The notes beneath the pieces are model-generated. The model did not search any database, had not been told where the DNA came from, and was given only the letters and a program-made list of their open reading frames with translations. From the IMG/VR virus record IMGVR_UViG_3300028908_000007, positions 11,389 to 75,388 of that record: a stretch of DNA of 64,000 bases. The stretch is one strand, 5' to 3'. Numbering within the stretch: the first letter of the stretch is position 1; each line of letters begins with the position of its first letter. Origin of the DNA: a virus. Positions 48,856 through 57,945 of the stretch are shown one piece after another. The translations under genes and the position numbers were made by a program.

Positions 48856-50889
48856 ATGGGAATTTTCAAAAGAGATGATTTAGTAAACACTATAGTAAAC
48901 TACGCATTACAAGCTGTAAAGAATACCCCACTGGATGTAGATTATGCCTCAGATACCGATTCTACGTATTTACAAACTACTGAGGCTGCTTTTAGACTCT
49001 ATCAGAGTGTTGAGTTCCATGGTTATTTTCCAGAGCTTATTCTTAAGGTAAAAAGAGTAGACGGAATTTATAAAGCAGCTCTTGCTCCCGTTTGGACAAC
49101 TGCTGTAAATTTGGAAGTTAAACACAATATTACAGAATGGCAGTTATCGACTACGAATACATTTAGTAATGGTCCAAATACATATTCCTTTATTACCAGA
49201 CATCCCGATGATTTACTGGAAATCGATATACCACAATCCTTCTTACTTACTAATCCTACGTCTACTATTTATCTTAGAGCTAGAATTGCATCTGGTAATA
49301 TTTCGTCTGATTGGAGTAATACGGCTACACTTCCACCGATACAGGCAATAACAGATCCATCAAATGCTATTGTTAGGAATAACTTAATACCTTACGATGT
49401 ATACCTCAGATTTCGATATGTAATTGGTGGAATAGAAGGCGAGTATTATATTACAGATATTAGTGGCGCTGAATTGACAGATTCCTCGTTTAGTAGTGAT
49501 AGAATTTCTCATGTAGAAATTGCTGTAGAAAAACCAGGAGAAGGGATACTATTTAGTAGAAAAACTACTGGCGGAAATGTCCTTATTAGGACACCAAAAG
49601 AGATTGACAAAGAAGGACAGTATAGAATATGGTATCGTGTATGGAGTGGTAAACATAAGACCATTTGGAGATACAATAATATATATGTGGATAGGGTACA
49701 ACCGACTGTTGTTACAAAGATGTATAATCGCTGGGGTAAGGCTTATGGAGTAATAACAGAAGTATTTGATAGTATTGTATTTGGAGCAGGACGAGCAATA
49801 CGAGATTTAGATGGATCTGTGTACAGCGAAGAAAATAAAATGTTTATACATCCCGTATATGAGACAGAAAATGATTACTTTATGGCAAACAACGGACTTC
49901 CTGCTGGCGCTACCTGGGGTGGTAGTTTTGTGGCGTCGCATCATCCAACAGCACCGCATACGGATATAAAGAAAGGGGTAATATATGATACTCCAAATCT
50001 GGATGTAAGTGGTGCCAACTTCACTACGCCGACGCGTAGAAGATTTCGTAAATTTAATTTACAGGATAATGCTGCTGGAAATGTAATATACCAGAGTAGA
50101 AATTATACCAACTTTTCTGTTAGAAGAACGTATGTACAAAGTTGTTATATCGGTACTAGGAATATGGAATCTAACCCAACATACCAAAACGCCGCTGCAT
50201 TTCCAAACTCTGATGGCTCGATATATGCCAGTAATTTTATATTTGTCTGTGGTGGACTTTACAGACCAAATAACTCCAACGATGTTTATCCAGCTAGAAT
50301 GGCAAAACTCATTAGAAGAAATCTAGCAAATAATGGTTGGGACACTATCCCTCTCCCAGGAATGCCTAGATACCTATGGCATCATTCAGTAACCGATGTA
50401 GGTATAGGTGCGTTAGTTACAGGCGGCTATTACTGGCCATATGATCCGGCTGTTACACCTCCAGTTTATGGAGAGGATGACGAAGACACTGTGCGTATGT
50501 CCAATCGTACCTACTTATGGCGCCCGAATAAATCTGGCGCTGATTATTGGACAGGACATTGGTATAGAATGGCAGATCTTCCATTTCCTATATCCAGCCA
50601 TTGTATGGAGCATTTACGGGATGATACTGTATTGATTATAGGCGGTCAAATAACAGAACATAATAAATATTTGGAAGGTAAATACTCATCTCCTATTATC
50701 TTTGAATTCAATTATGTAACAGGAGAGTATAACATAATAGGATATCTTCCAGAACCGCTGTACGCGGCTGCTTCTGTGAAAGATCAGTTAGGGAGGATTT
50801 GGATATTCGGAGGAGAAGGTCTGAGAGCTCGACCTGGATCATATACGAATGTCCAACCAATTCGCAATGGTCTTCGGTTGATTTATTAG
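48856..50889 (+). CDS. Tail-fibre-like Fn3-Kelch protein, array member 5
   Basis: HNITEWQLSTTNTF..YLRARI..SDWS; Kelch blades IFVCGG, HHSVT..LVTGG, MADLPFPISSH..LIIGG and IWIFGG. Confidence 0.8.
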   Translation: MGIFKRDDLVNTIVNYALQAVKNTPLDVDYASDTDSTYLQTTEAAFRLYQSVEFHGYFPELILKVKRVDGIYKAALAPVWTTAVNLEVKHNITEWQLSTTNTFSNGPNTYSFITRHPDDLLEIDIPQSFLLTNPTSTIYLRARIASGNISSDWSNTATLPPIQAITDPSNAIVRNNLIPYDVYLRFRYVIGGIEGEYYITDISGAELTDSSFSSDRISHVEIAVEKPGEGILFSRKTTGGNVLIRTPKEIDKEGQYRIWYRVWSGKHKTIWRYNNIYVDRVQPTVVTKMYNRWGKAYGVITEVFDSIVFGAGRAIRDLDGSVYSEENKMFIHPVYETENDYFMANNGLPAGATWGGSFVASHHPTAPHTDIKKGVIYDTPNLDVSGANFTTPTRRRFRKFNLQDNAAGNVIYQSRNYTNFSVRRTYVQSCYIGTRNMESNPTYQNAAAFPNSDGSIYASNFIFVCGGLYRPNNSNDVYPARMAKLIRRNLANNGWDTIPLPGMPRYLWHHSVTDVGIGALVTGGYYWPYDPAVTPPVYGEDDEDTVRMSNRTYLWRPNKSGADYWTGHWYRMADLPFPISSHCMEHLRDDTVLIIGGQITEHNKYLEGKYSSPIIFEFNYVTGEYNIIGYLPEPLYAAASVKDQLGRIWIFGGEGLRARPGSYTNVQPIRNGLRLIY

Positions 50890-50898
50890 GATTTCTTA

Positions 50899-52959
50899 AT
50901 GGGTAGAGAAAGAAAAGGTAAATTTATTAATTGGCTTCCTCAAACATCGCGTGGTGGTGTTTTACACAATTCAGGTGCAGGAGCCATAGTCAATGCCGAT
51001 AAGATACGTTCGACTTTAGTAACACAATTAGCCAGAGAAAGTATAGTTGATTCAGATATCAATAATCTCGTTAATAGCACCAATACTTACTTTATAAAGA
51101 AGCCAGAAATACTTACACCTACAGATGGACAGGTATTAACTGGAAATGATAAGATATTGCTTGTACCTCCAATACTAGGAAACTATGTAACCGGACAACA
51201 TATTGCTACACATTGGAGAATATTAAATAGTTCTTCTAACTCTCTTGCCAATTCTATCTATAACGAAGTGGTGTATGGAGAGGGTTTGGTAAGTCTTCCT
51301 CTTCCTGAAGGATTATCTCCAAATACAGATTATTGGGTAGTAGCAAAAATACACATAGCTTCTAAAGAAAATGAATTCGATAACTGGCTACCTAGTGAAT
51401 GGTCAAATATTGTTAGATTTAGAATTGATAATAATGCGACATTACAACCCATTCCAGACATAGAAGAACTCATACCTTACGAAAATGCCGACCATATAAA
51501 TAGATTTCGTTTTAAAGAAAATAATAAGGAAACATATGCAGCGGGTTCTACTTATAAAGTATTAAAGGTACGTGCTGAGATTACTTCAAACGAAATGTCA
51601 CGACCTAATAATAGTAATGTAATTCTGATTAACAAAACCATAACCAATTATGGAGTGGATCTTACTTTCCCGGAATATGGAAATACTGATCCAGTAGAAA
51701 CAGAATTAGCCAGAAGAATATTAGAAAAAGAAAATACAGCCCGATGGAAAGGTATTTTTACATTCTGGTATGAAGACTTAAGTGGGAATAAAGGACTACC
51801 AATAACTAAGAAAGCACAACTAGTATATAAAGAACCAAAATTACTTAACCCATTTCCATACGCTCTTAAGGTAGCCAAAAATACTACGAGTATGGCCACA
51901 CTTATCGGTAGTGGCGCTGATAAAATAGGTCATGGATCAAATGCTGATAGATCAAGAAACATAATGCTGATACGATATGATTATACTACTGCAAATGGAG
52001 GCATTACTCGTTTCTGGATGTATGATAAGGTACGGAATACTTGGCTATGGAGAGGATCTCATCCAGAAACAAATTACTATACAAATATGCATAATATTGC
52101 TTTTATAAACTCAGAAGAAGTATTGATTGCAGGAGGTTGTAAAGATAACACCTCATTAGCCAATCCTACAGTTAGTAATGTATTAAATACTACCTATGTT
52201 TTCAATGTACGTATAAATACATGGACACAGAAAGCTAACTTACCTACGCGGTTATTCTCCTCCAATAGTGTAATTACGAAGAACGGCGACATATACATCG
52301 TAGGTCTGGATAGAAACAATTCCTATAGATTAATGATAATACATTATGATCTAGCAACAGATACACATACTGTTGTTTATACAGAAACCAACACAACACC
52401 AAACGTACAAGTATACAACGTTCTTCCATTTAAAAATGGTTTTATCTATAGTCTTACCAAAAAATATGCGGGTAATTCGGATCTTAGAACACACTTCTAC
52501 TATGTTGATATCACTGGTACTTCGTATAATGCAACTTATACACTACTGAATTCGTTAAATGATCCTACGCAGAGAAGACATAGATATCCTCTAGCACCTG
52601 CACCAGGCGGTGGTTTCTTGATGTATGGATACCTCCGTAGTGCTTTACCAAACCAGGCTTCTGGTGCGGCTAATGTCGACCAAATGTCTTCCCAAGGTAA
52701 ACTATTTATGCTTACAGAAGATCGATCTGCGTCATCACAGCTTTCTATTAAACCAATACTTATGGTTCCTGGTGCTACAAAGAAACCTACAAACTTATTG
52801 AATAATTACCCAATGGCACCTATCAATGGTTTTCTTGAACCATATGACAACTATGGAGGTTATATATTAGCTGGAGGATTGTCTTATAGTAATTTGGAAA
52901 CAGGTGGTGTTGGTAAGAATCTATCAAAGTCTCCTGAATTGTGGTTAGTGTACCTATGA
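50899..52959 (+). CDS. Tail-fibre-like Fn3-Kelch protein, array member 6
   Basis: VNADKI anchor remnant; KPEILTP..HIATHW..LSPNTDYWV..SEWS..RF; Kelch blades YDKVRNTW, VLIAGG and NTWTQKANLP. Confidence 0.8.
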   Translation: MGRERKGKFINWLPQTSRGGVLHNSGAGAIVNADKIRSTLVTQLARESIVDSDINNLVNSTNTYFIKKPEILTPTDGQVLTGNDKILLVPPILGNYVTGQHIATHWRILNSSSNSLANSIYNEVVYGEGLVSLPLPEGLSPNTDYWVVAKIHIASKENEFDNWLPSEWSNIVRFRIDNNATLQPIPDIEELIPYENADHINRFRFKENNKETYAAGSTYKVLKVRAEITSNEMSRPNNSNVILINKTITNYGVDLTFPEYGNTDPVETELARRILEKENTARWKGIFTFWYEDLSGNKGLPITKKAQLVYKEPKLLNPFPYALKVAKNTTSMATLIGSGADKIGHGSNADRSRNIMLIRYDYTTANGGITRFWMYDKVRNTWLWRGSHPETNYYTNMHNIAFINSEEVLIAGGCKDNTSLANPTVSNVLNTTYVFNVRINTWTQKANLPTRLFSSNSVITKNGDIYIVGLDRNNSYRLMIIHYDLATDTHTVVYTETNTTPNVQVYNVLPFKNGFIYSLTKKYAGNSDLRTHFYYVDITGTSYNATYTLLNSLNDPTQRRHRYPLAPAPGGGFLMYGYLRSALPNQASGAANVDQMSSQGKLFMLTEDRSASSQLSIKPILMVPGATKKPTNLLNNYPMAPINGFLEPYDNYGGYILAGGLSYSNLETGGVGKNLSKSPELWLVYL

Positions 52960-55076
52960 GCAAATATAATTCCCCAGATCCGAGAGCGTTAGAAAGGGAT
53001 GGTAAGTTACTAACTGCCGGACAAAATAAATTAGATACAGAATTAATCGATAGAATATTGGACAGGGATTGGTTCGATAGTGTTATGATGTCAAAAGGTC
53101 TGACAATGGAGGATGAGTTAGACAAAGTAAACAGGTTTTGGAATACTGCTAGAGTAAAATTTACAGACAGTGGTCCGGGTGGTAATATAGGGATAAACCC
53201 AAGACCACAATTTACACCATATGCAGATATACGAGAACCTGGAACGAAGGCAGGAAGAAGTGAAGTATCGCCAGGGAATGTAACAGGCGATACCGGAATG
53301 GGTATATACTATTCCGAAGCAATTGATGACAATGCAAATATTGTATACCTGCGCTTCGGAGTACCATCTTTTAACAGTATGTTTTCCTTCCTTACAAAGG
53401 CTATTGATCCAAATATAGCTAGAATAGCAAATACTGGAAGAAGTAGTGTAGCCCATAATATAGGTAAAATCATAGGTAGTGTATTGGGTTTAGTAAAGTT
53501 TACAAAGGTGGCTGTATATTTTTTAACCGGTCGATTTGTTTTAGGCAGTATAGGAACTGTATTACCCATTCAAAGTAGTAAATACTATACACTAAAACCA
53601 ACAATGTATTTATATTGGTCGGCTGTAAATAGTTTGTTAGCACAGATGTCTATAAACCTTGGCTTTATTAGTCCTACAGCTGTAAGAGATGAGGATCCGA
53701 TCAAAGGAGCTTCTCTGGCAGCTAGTCCTGAAATGATGGAGTTATTAAAGGAGATGTTTCCTAACTTGGTTACATCTAATAACTTTATCGATATGTATGC
53801 CGTTGCAACCAGAGCACAACGTCTAGCTAACCAAAGAATATTGAAAGAGTTAGATGTGTTGGATCAGGGAAACGCAAGCACGGATCAATATGTAGGACTG
53901 ATTGACGAGCTATTGAATAAGAAGGTGGTGGATGAGGAAAATCCTACCTTTCTTTCTTTCTTAAATAGAGAACTAAATTCAAGAGCAGCCAAGGCTGAAA
54001 TTATTCCTGCTTTAAATAAGGAAAGATCAGAAAACATTACTTTAGAAAAAGATCCACTTTCTCCTCCTGAAGTTGAGGATGAGCAAGGAATACTGGATTG
54101 GATCAATAGCGGTGTAAAAGAATACGTAAGTGAAATGGCTGAGGTATATAAAGCAGGATGGAGAGAAGGTGGACAACATGCTATATTTCGTGTTGACCAT
54201 GTAGATTCTGTTTCTGAAAGCTTTAGCACTTCAGTATCCGATAGTCCGATAGTAAGCATAGTAAATTCTGGTGCTAGTAGTTCTCGAAATATGAAATTTA
54301 CATTGGCAGGAGGAAACGTAGGAGACGGTCCAATTGTAGACCTTATAGAGGGTCTTGTAGGATCCGCAGTAGACCTCGCCAAAGGTGTTATTGAGGGATT
54401 TACATTTGGCGTTAGTAATATTGTAACAGCACTGCTCGGTGGTGGATATATAGACGCACCACAACAATGGGAAAATAGTAGTGTTACATTACCGAATCTA
54501 AGCTATAGCACAAAGCTAATATCTCCCTATGGAAATCAAGTATCACAACTTATGAATATATACATGCCTTTAGCAATGTTTATGGCGGCAGCATTACCAT
54601 TAGCTACTGGTAAGAATAGTTATACTTCACCATTTCTATGTAATCTAGAACACCCAGGGAGACAGTCAATTCCACTTGGGATTATTACTAGTCTGTCAAT
54701 TACCAGAGGAACTAGTAATCTTTCCTTTACACAAGATAACAGAGCATTGGCATACGATGTCTCTTTTACAGTTACTGATCTTTCATCTATAATGTTTATG
54801 CCTATAGATACTGGTGGTTTGTTTGGTGTCGATATGGCTCTAGATGAAGATCACATCTTATCGAGATATATGGCCACTATTACAGGTAGAGATGTTTCCA
54901 GTATGTTCTATACTACTACTAGGGCAAAGATACGTTTAGCTAGAGAATTATACAAAATAGACAAACTTCGATCTCCTGCTGGCTTAGCAATGGCTATTAA
55001 TGATAGCATTCCTGGCAGATTTCTTAGAATCTTTGCACCGAAATCCAGCATACTTAGAGGCGTCCAAGATCAATAG
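52956..55076 (+). CDS. Conserved phiKZ-like virion baseplate/tail protein (gp101-like)
   Basis: KFTDSGPGGNIGINPRPQFTPYADIR, GMGIYYSEAIDD, RFGVPSFN, YYTLKPTM, LISPYGN, SYTSPFL and ITRGTSN. Start placed at MSKYN (ATGA overlap). Confidence 0.8.
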   Translation: MSKYNSPDPRALERDGKLLTAGQNKLDTELIDRILDRDWFDSVMMSKGLTMEDELDKVNRFWNTARVKFTDSGPGGNIGINPRPQFTPYADIREPGTKAGRSEVSPGNVTGDTGMGIYYSEAIDDNANIVYLRFGVPSFNSMFSFLTKAIDPNIARIANTGRSSVAHNIGKIIGSVLGLVKFTKVAVYFLTGRFVLGSIGTVLPIQSSKYYTLKPTMYLYWSAVNSLLAQMSINLGFISPTAVRDEDPIKGASLAASPEMMELLKEMFPNLVTSNNFIDMYAVATRAQRLANQRILKELDVLDQGNASTDQYVGLIDELLNKKVVDEENPTFLSFLNRELNSRAAKAEIIPALNKERSENITLEKDPLSPPEVEDEQGILDWINSGVKEYVSEMAEVYKAGWREGGQHAIFRVDHVDSVSESFSTSVSDSPIVSIVNSGASSSRNMKFTLAGGNVGDGPIVDLIEGLVGSAVDLAKGVIEGFTFGVSNIVTALLGGGYIDAPQQWENSSVTLPNLSYSTKLISPYGNQVSQLMNIYMPLAMFMAAALPLATGKNSYTSPFLCNLEHPGRQSIPLGIITSLSITRGTSNLSFTQDNRALAYDVSFTVTDLSSIMFMPIDTGGLFGVDMALDEDHILSRYMATITGRDVSSMFYTTTRAKIRLARELYKIDKLRSPAGLAMAINDSIPGRFLRIFAPKSSILRGVQDQ

Positions 55077-55085
55077 CGCAAAAAA

Positions 55086-55120
55086 TACACCCCACTCCCG
55101 AGATCTGGGAGTGGGGTGTA
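55086..55120. terminator. Hairpin between convergent genes
   Basis: Stem TACACCCCACTCCC/GGGAGTGGGGTGTA; the preceding A-run gives a U-tail on the - strand. Confidence 0.85.
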
Positions 55121-55122
55121 TA

Positions 55123-55935
55123 TTATGTGTGGTATAGATTTTCATAGCCAACGACTGATAATGAAAATTTCTTTAGAGCTTTATCAGTCTTCTTATTATA
55201 TGGTTTTCCATCGAGGAATTCAGACATCAGACCAACGCCTGAATATAGTCTATAGTATATTTCAGTTATCAGTTCAAGTGGTGTTATTCCACTCTTTAAA
55301 TACTCACATATCCAGTTATCGATGTAGCTAGCGTGTTTCACTAAGAATACAGAAATCATAAAACCAATACGCTCGCGCAAGGATAGACGCATACCGATGG
55401 TGATAAGTATTTTCTGCATTAAAAACAAATCACTTGTTAGCCTTGTAAGGAATTCGTTCTTATTAGTGGTTTTTGAGTTATAGATATTTATCAACCTAGC
55501 ACCAAACAAAGGATTTCTTATAATGTTTATATCCTCCATGGCTTTATAAGGTAGTTTGGTAGGTACTCTTTCTATATGAATTTCCTTAGCCATAATATCT
55601 TCTAGTACGATATAGATATAGCTAATGTTTATAAAAAGCTGATATGTTATATATGTACTATATTTTGTAAGGTCTTTGTCTAATTTCCTAATGATATTTA
55701 TAATAAGATCTAGTACTGTTTCCGTTAGATCTCTGACAGATAGATCCACAGATACCAAATTGGTACTAGCATCATAGTTTTGATAAATGCTTTTATCTAT
55801 TCTTTTCAAACGTATGATATCTTTTAGTAGAACATGTCGACTTATTTGTCTTGTCGGTCCTTTATTTCTATAAATGATTATGAGCTTATCTATCTCATTA
55901 ATTAAATCATAAATGATAGTGTGGCTTAGAAACAT
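55123..55935 (-). CDS. Hypothetical protein
   Basis: 270-aa ORF, very AT-rich and I/L/Y/K-rich. Confidence 0.65.
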   Translation of the reverse strand: MFLSHTIIYDLINEIDKLIIIYRNKGPTRQISRHVLLKDIIRLKRIDKSIYQNYDASTNLVSVDLSVRDLTETVLDLIINIIRKLDKDLTKYSTYITYQLFINISYIYIVLEDIMAKEIHIERVPTKLPYKAMEDINIIRNPLFGARLINIYNSKTTNKNEFLTRLTSDLFLMQKILITIGMRLSLRERIGFMISVFLVKHASYIDNWICEYLKSGITPLELITEIYYRLYSGVGLMSEFLDGKPYNKKTDKALKKFSLSVVGYENLYHT

Positions 55936-56012
55936 TGAAAAATCTCGGTTGTCAGTCGAGTTTGATCACGTTCGACTGACAGAAAAGTAATTGTAATCTA
56001 GGAAAATCCCCT

Positions 56013-56513
56013 ATGAGGCTCATCAAATCTTTAATTTTCTTTCTCTTCATCAGTCCGCTATATGCCTATACTATACCTGTTAGCCAGAAATATGTCCATG
56101 GATGGCGTATTATTGATAGTAATACATCTATCAACATACAAACTCCTGTTATCACAAACTACGGTCCCGGTTTACTATCTGTATACTGTCCTTACAACAC
56201 ATTAGAACGTCCTTCCTGGAGAGTATATCTTACTATCAGAGTTCGATCATTGAAAGACTATAGAAACCATTTTCGCTCTTATGATCTAACAAATATTGAC
56301 TTCCTTGACAAGCTACTTGAGTTAGAAACCAAAAATGCTGGTTTATATGAACACGAATTCTCATATAACCAGATGAAATTTGAATTGCTGGATATTCCTA
56401 TTGGATTATCTAGCGCAGTAAAACTAAACACAGATTTTTGTATTTCCAAACATAAACAATATCGTGCTTTTCTGGAGAATCCACATGACCCCCGTAGAAC
56501 AAACCTTGAGTAG
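56013..56513 (+). CDS. Hypothetical exported protein
   Basis: Signal-peptide-like N-terminus MRLIKSLIFFLFISPLYA. Confidence 0.7.
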   Translation: MRLIKSLIFFLFISPLYAYTIPVSQKYVHGWRIIDSNTSINIQTPVITNYGPGLLSVYCPYNTLERPSWRVYLTIRVRSLKDYRNHFRSYDLTNIDFLDKLLELETKNAGLYEHEFSYNQMKFELLDIPIGLSSAVKLNTDFCISKHKQYRAFLENPHDPRRTNLE

Positions 56514-56886
56514 CTTTGAAACCAGTTATAATAGCATTCTGTTTGTCTTTAATTCGTCTAGTAACCTAACTGCTTCTGATAAGATTGCTTTAGAAGAAAT
56601 TGATGAAGCGATTAACAAATTATTAGAACTTATTATCATGTTTGATCCAGATCACGATAGGATTGCCAATGAATTAGAATATATTTCTTCCTTTCCAGTA
56701 CAATATATTCCTACACTCGCAAGTTATTATAACAATAAATTAATCTTGCTTGCAAAAATTCTTATTAACAAATGGGGTTGTGTTTTGGATTTGGCTGGAC
56801 TTGAAGCGTTCTTGAAGGAAGTTGAAATTCTCTCGAACGTAGAATTTGCGGAGGCGGTCTATAAGGTATTTAGATTTCAAAGCTGA
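56485..56886 (+). CDS. Hypothetical helical protein
   Basis: GGAG RBS before MTPVEQ; the track start at 56464 is probably too early. Confidence 0.65.
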   Translation: MTPVEQTLSSFETSYNSILFVFNSSSNLTASDKIALEEIDEAINKLLELIIMFDPDHDRIANELEYISSFPVQYIPTLASYYNNKLILLAKILINKWGCVLDLAGLEAFLKEVEILSNVEFAEAVYKVFRFQS

Positions 56887-56901
56887 GGGCAAATTAAAAG
56901 G

Positions 56902-56987
56902 CACCCATCCGTGATAAAACCAGATCCATATATAAGTCCGCTACCAATGAAGGTAGGATAGATCTTTTGGTTAATCACGGATGGGTG
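56902..56987. ncRNA. Candidate structured RNA / long hairpin (86 nt)
   Basis: Perfect 14-bp outer stem CACCCATCCGTGAT/ATCACGGATGGGTG with inner pairings AACCA/TGGTT, AGATC/GATCT and CTACC/GGTAG. Confidence 0.45.
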
Positions 56988-57016
56988 AGTTACATCCAGC
57001 CACAAGGAGAAACAAC

Positions 57017-57076
57017 ATGGCCTACGAACACACACGACCCACAACAACAACGCAAACCATCGGTGATCGACAATGA
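57017..57076 (+). CDS. Unannotated 19-aa Thr-rich small ORF (MAYEHTRPTTTTQTIGDRQ)
   Basis: Preceded by the exact GGAGAAACAACATG initiation signal used by three bona fide genes in the window. Confidence 0.55.
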   Translation: MAYEHTRPTTTTQTIGDRQ

Positions 57077-57104
57077 TTAATTGACGACGAACGAGGACAA
57101 ATGC

Positions 57105-57755
57105 ATGTTCAACTTATATAGAAAATTCAAATCCCCAAATATCGCTATACCTTCTAGTATTGTAGATAACTATTATAAACTTTCTGGATATTTCATAAAC
57201 CTATTCTTCAGTACTAAACTGTCTGTATTACAGTACAACCTTTATAAAGAATACTTAATCTCCTATATGGTAGACTTATATATTTTATCTAAAGAACTGA
57301 AGAAAAGGGAAATAGATTCTAATATCTCAAGAAACGCCAGAGATATAGAACACTCTATCATAACCTTGCTTAGTATTAGAAGTCTATATAATAAACCAGA
57401 ACCCTATGAGAAGTTATTTAAGGTAATTCCAAATCCACTATATTATTCACATATACACTTTATAGAATATCTAGTATTAAAACACGATGATTCTTATATT
57501 AGAGAGCTTATTTATCGTATAATGACCACACACTATTACTATGGTGGCAGAGGTAAGGATAGGTGGATTACAAACAAGTTAAAGAGGAGTATGAATATTC
57601 TTATCAAGACTAGAAAAGAGTCCATAAAAGAAGACTATATCCAGCTCTGTTTGTATTTTGGATTTGTAAACCGACTGTACCTTGGGTCTGGTCGAAGAGT
57701 TCCACAAATAGACCATATTTATCATGAACTTTCTAAAATCGTCAATCGCAAATAA
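57105..57755 (+). CDS. Hypothetical protein
   Basis: GAGG RBS before MFNLY; Y/I/L/K-rich. Confidence 0.65.
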   Translation: MFNLYRKFKSPNIAIPSSIVDNYYKLSGYFINLFFSTKLSVLQYNLYKEYLISYMVDLYILSKELKKREIDSNISRNARDIEHSIITLLSIRSLYNKPEPYEKLFKVIPNPLYYSHIHFIEYLVLKHDDSYIRELIYRIMTTHYYYGGRGKDRWITNKLKRSMNILIKTRKESIKEDYIQLCLYFGFVNRLYLGSGRRVPQIDHIYHELSKIVNRK

Positions 57756-57765
57756 CTATATAATT

Positions 57766-57851
57766 TGATCCGTCACGGGCTAAGCTTTTATTGCTACGTG
57801 GTCTGGTGTGTCTCCTGATCAACCATTCCAGATCCGCCCGTGTTCGGGTCA
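57766..57851. ncRNA. Candidate structured RNA (86 nt, branched)
   Basis: Stems TGATCCG/CGGGTCA, CACGGGC/GCCCGTG and GGTCTGG/CCAGATC; preceded by TATATAAT and followed by a pyrimidine tract. Confidence 0.4.
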
Positions 57852-57945
57852 TTTTTCTTTGCCCTTCTTCTTTCCTTTCCTATTCTTTTCTCCCTTCTCT
57901 CGTTTCAAATTCCTTGATAATTTCTAGCCTTTCTGGGGTGTCCTG

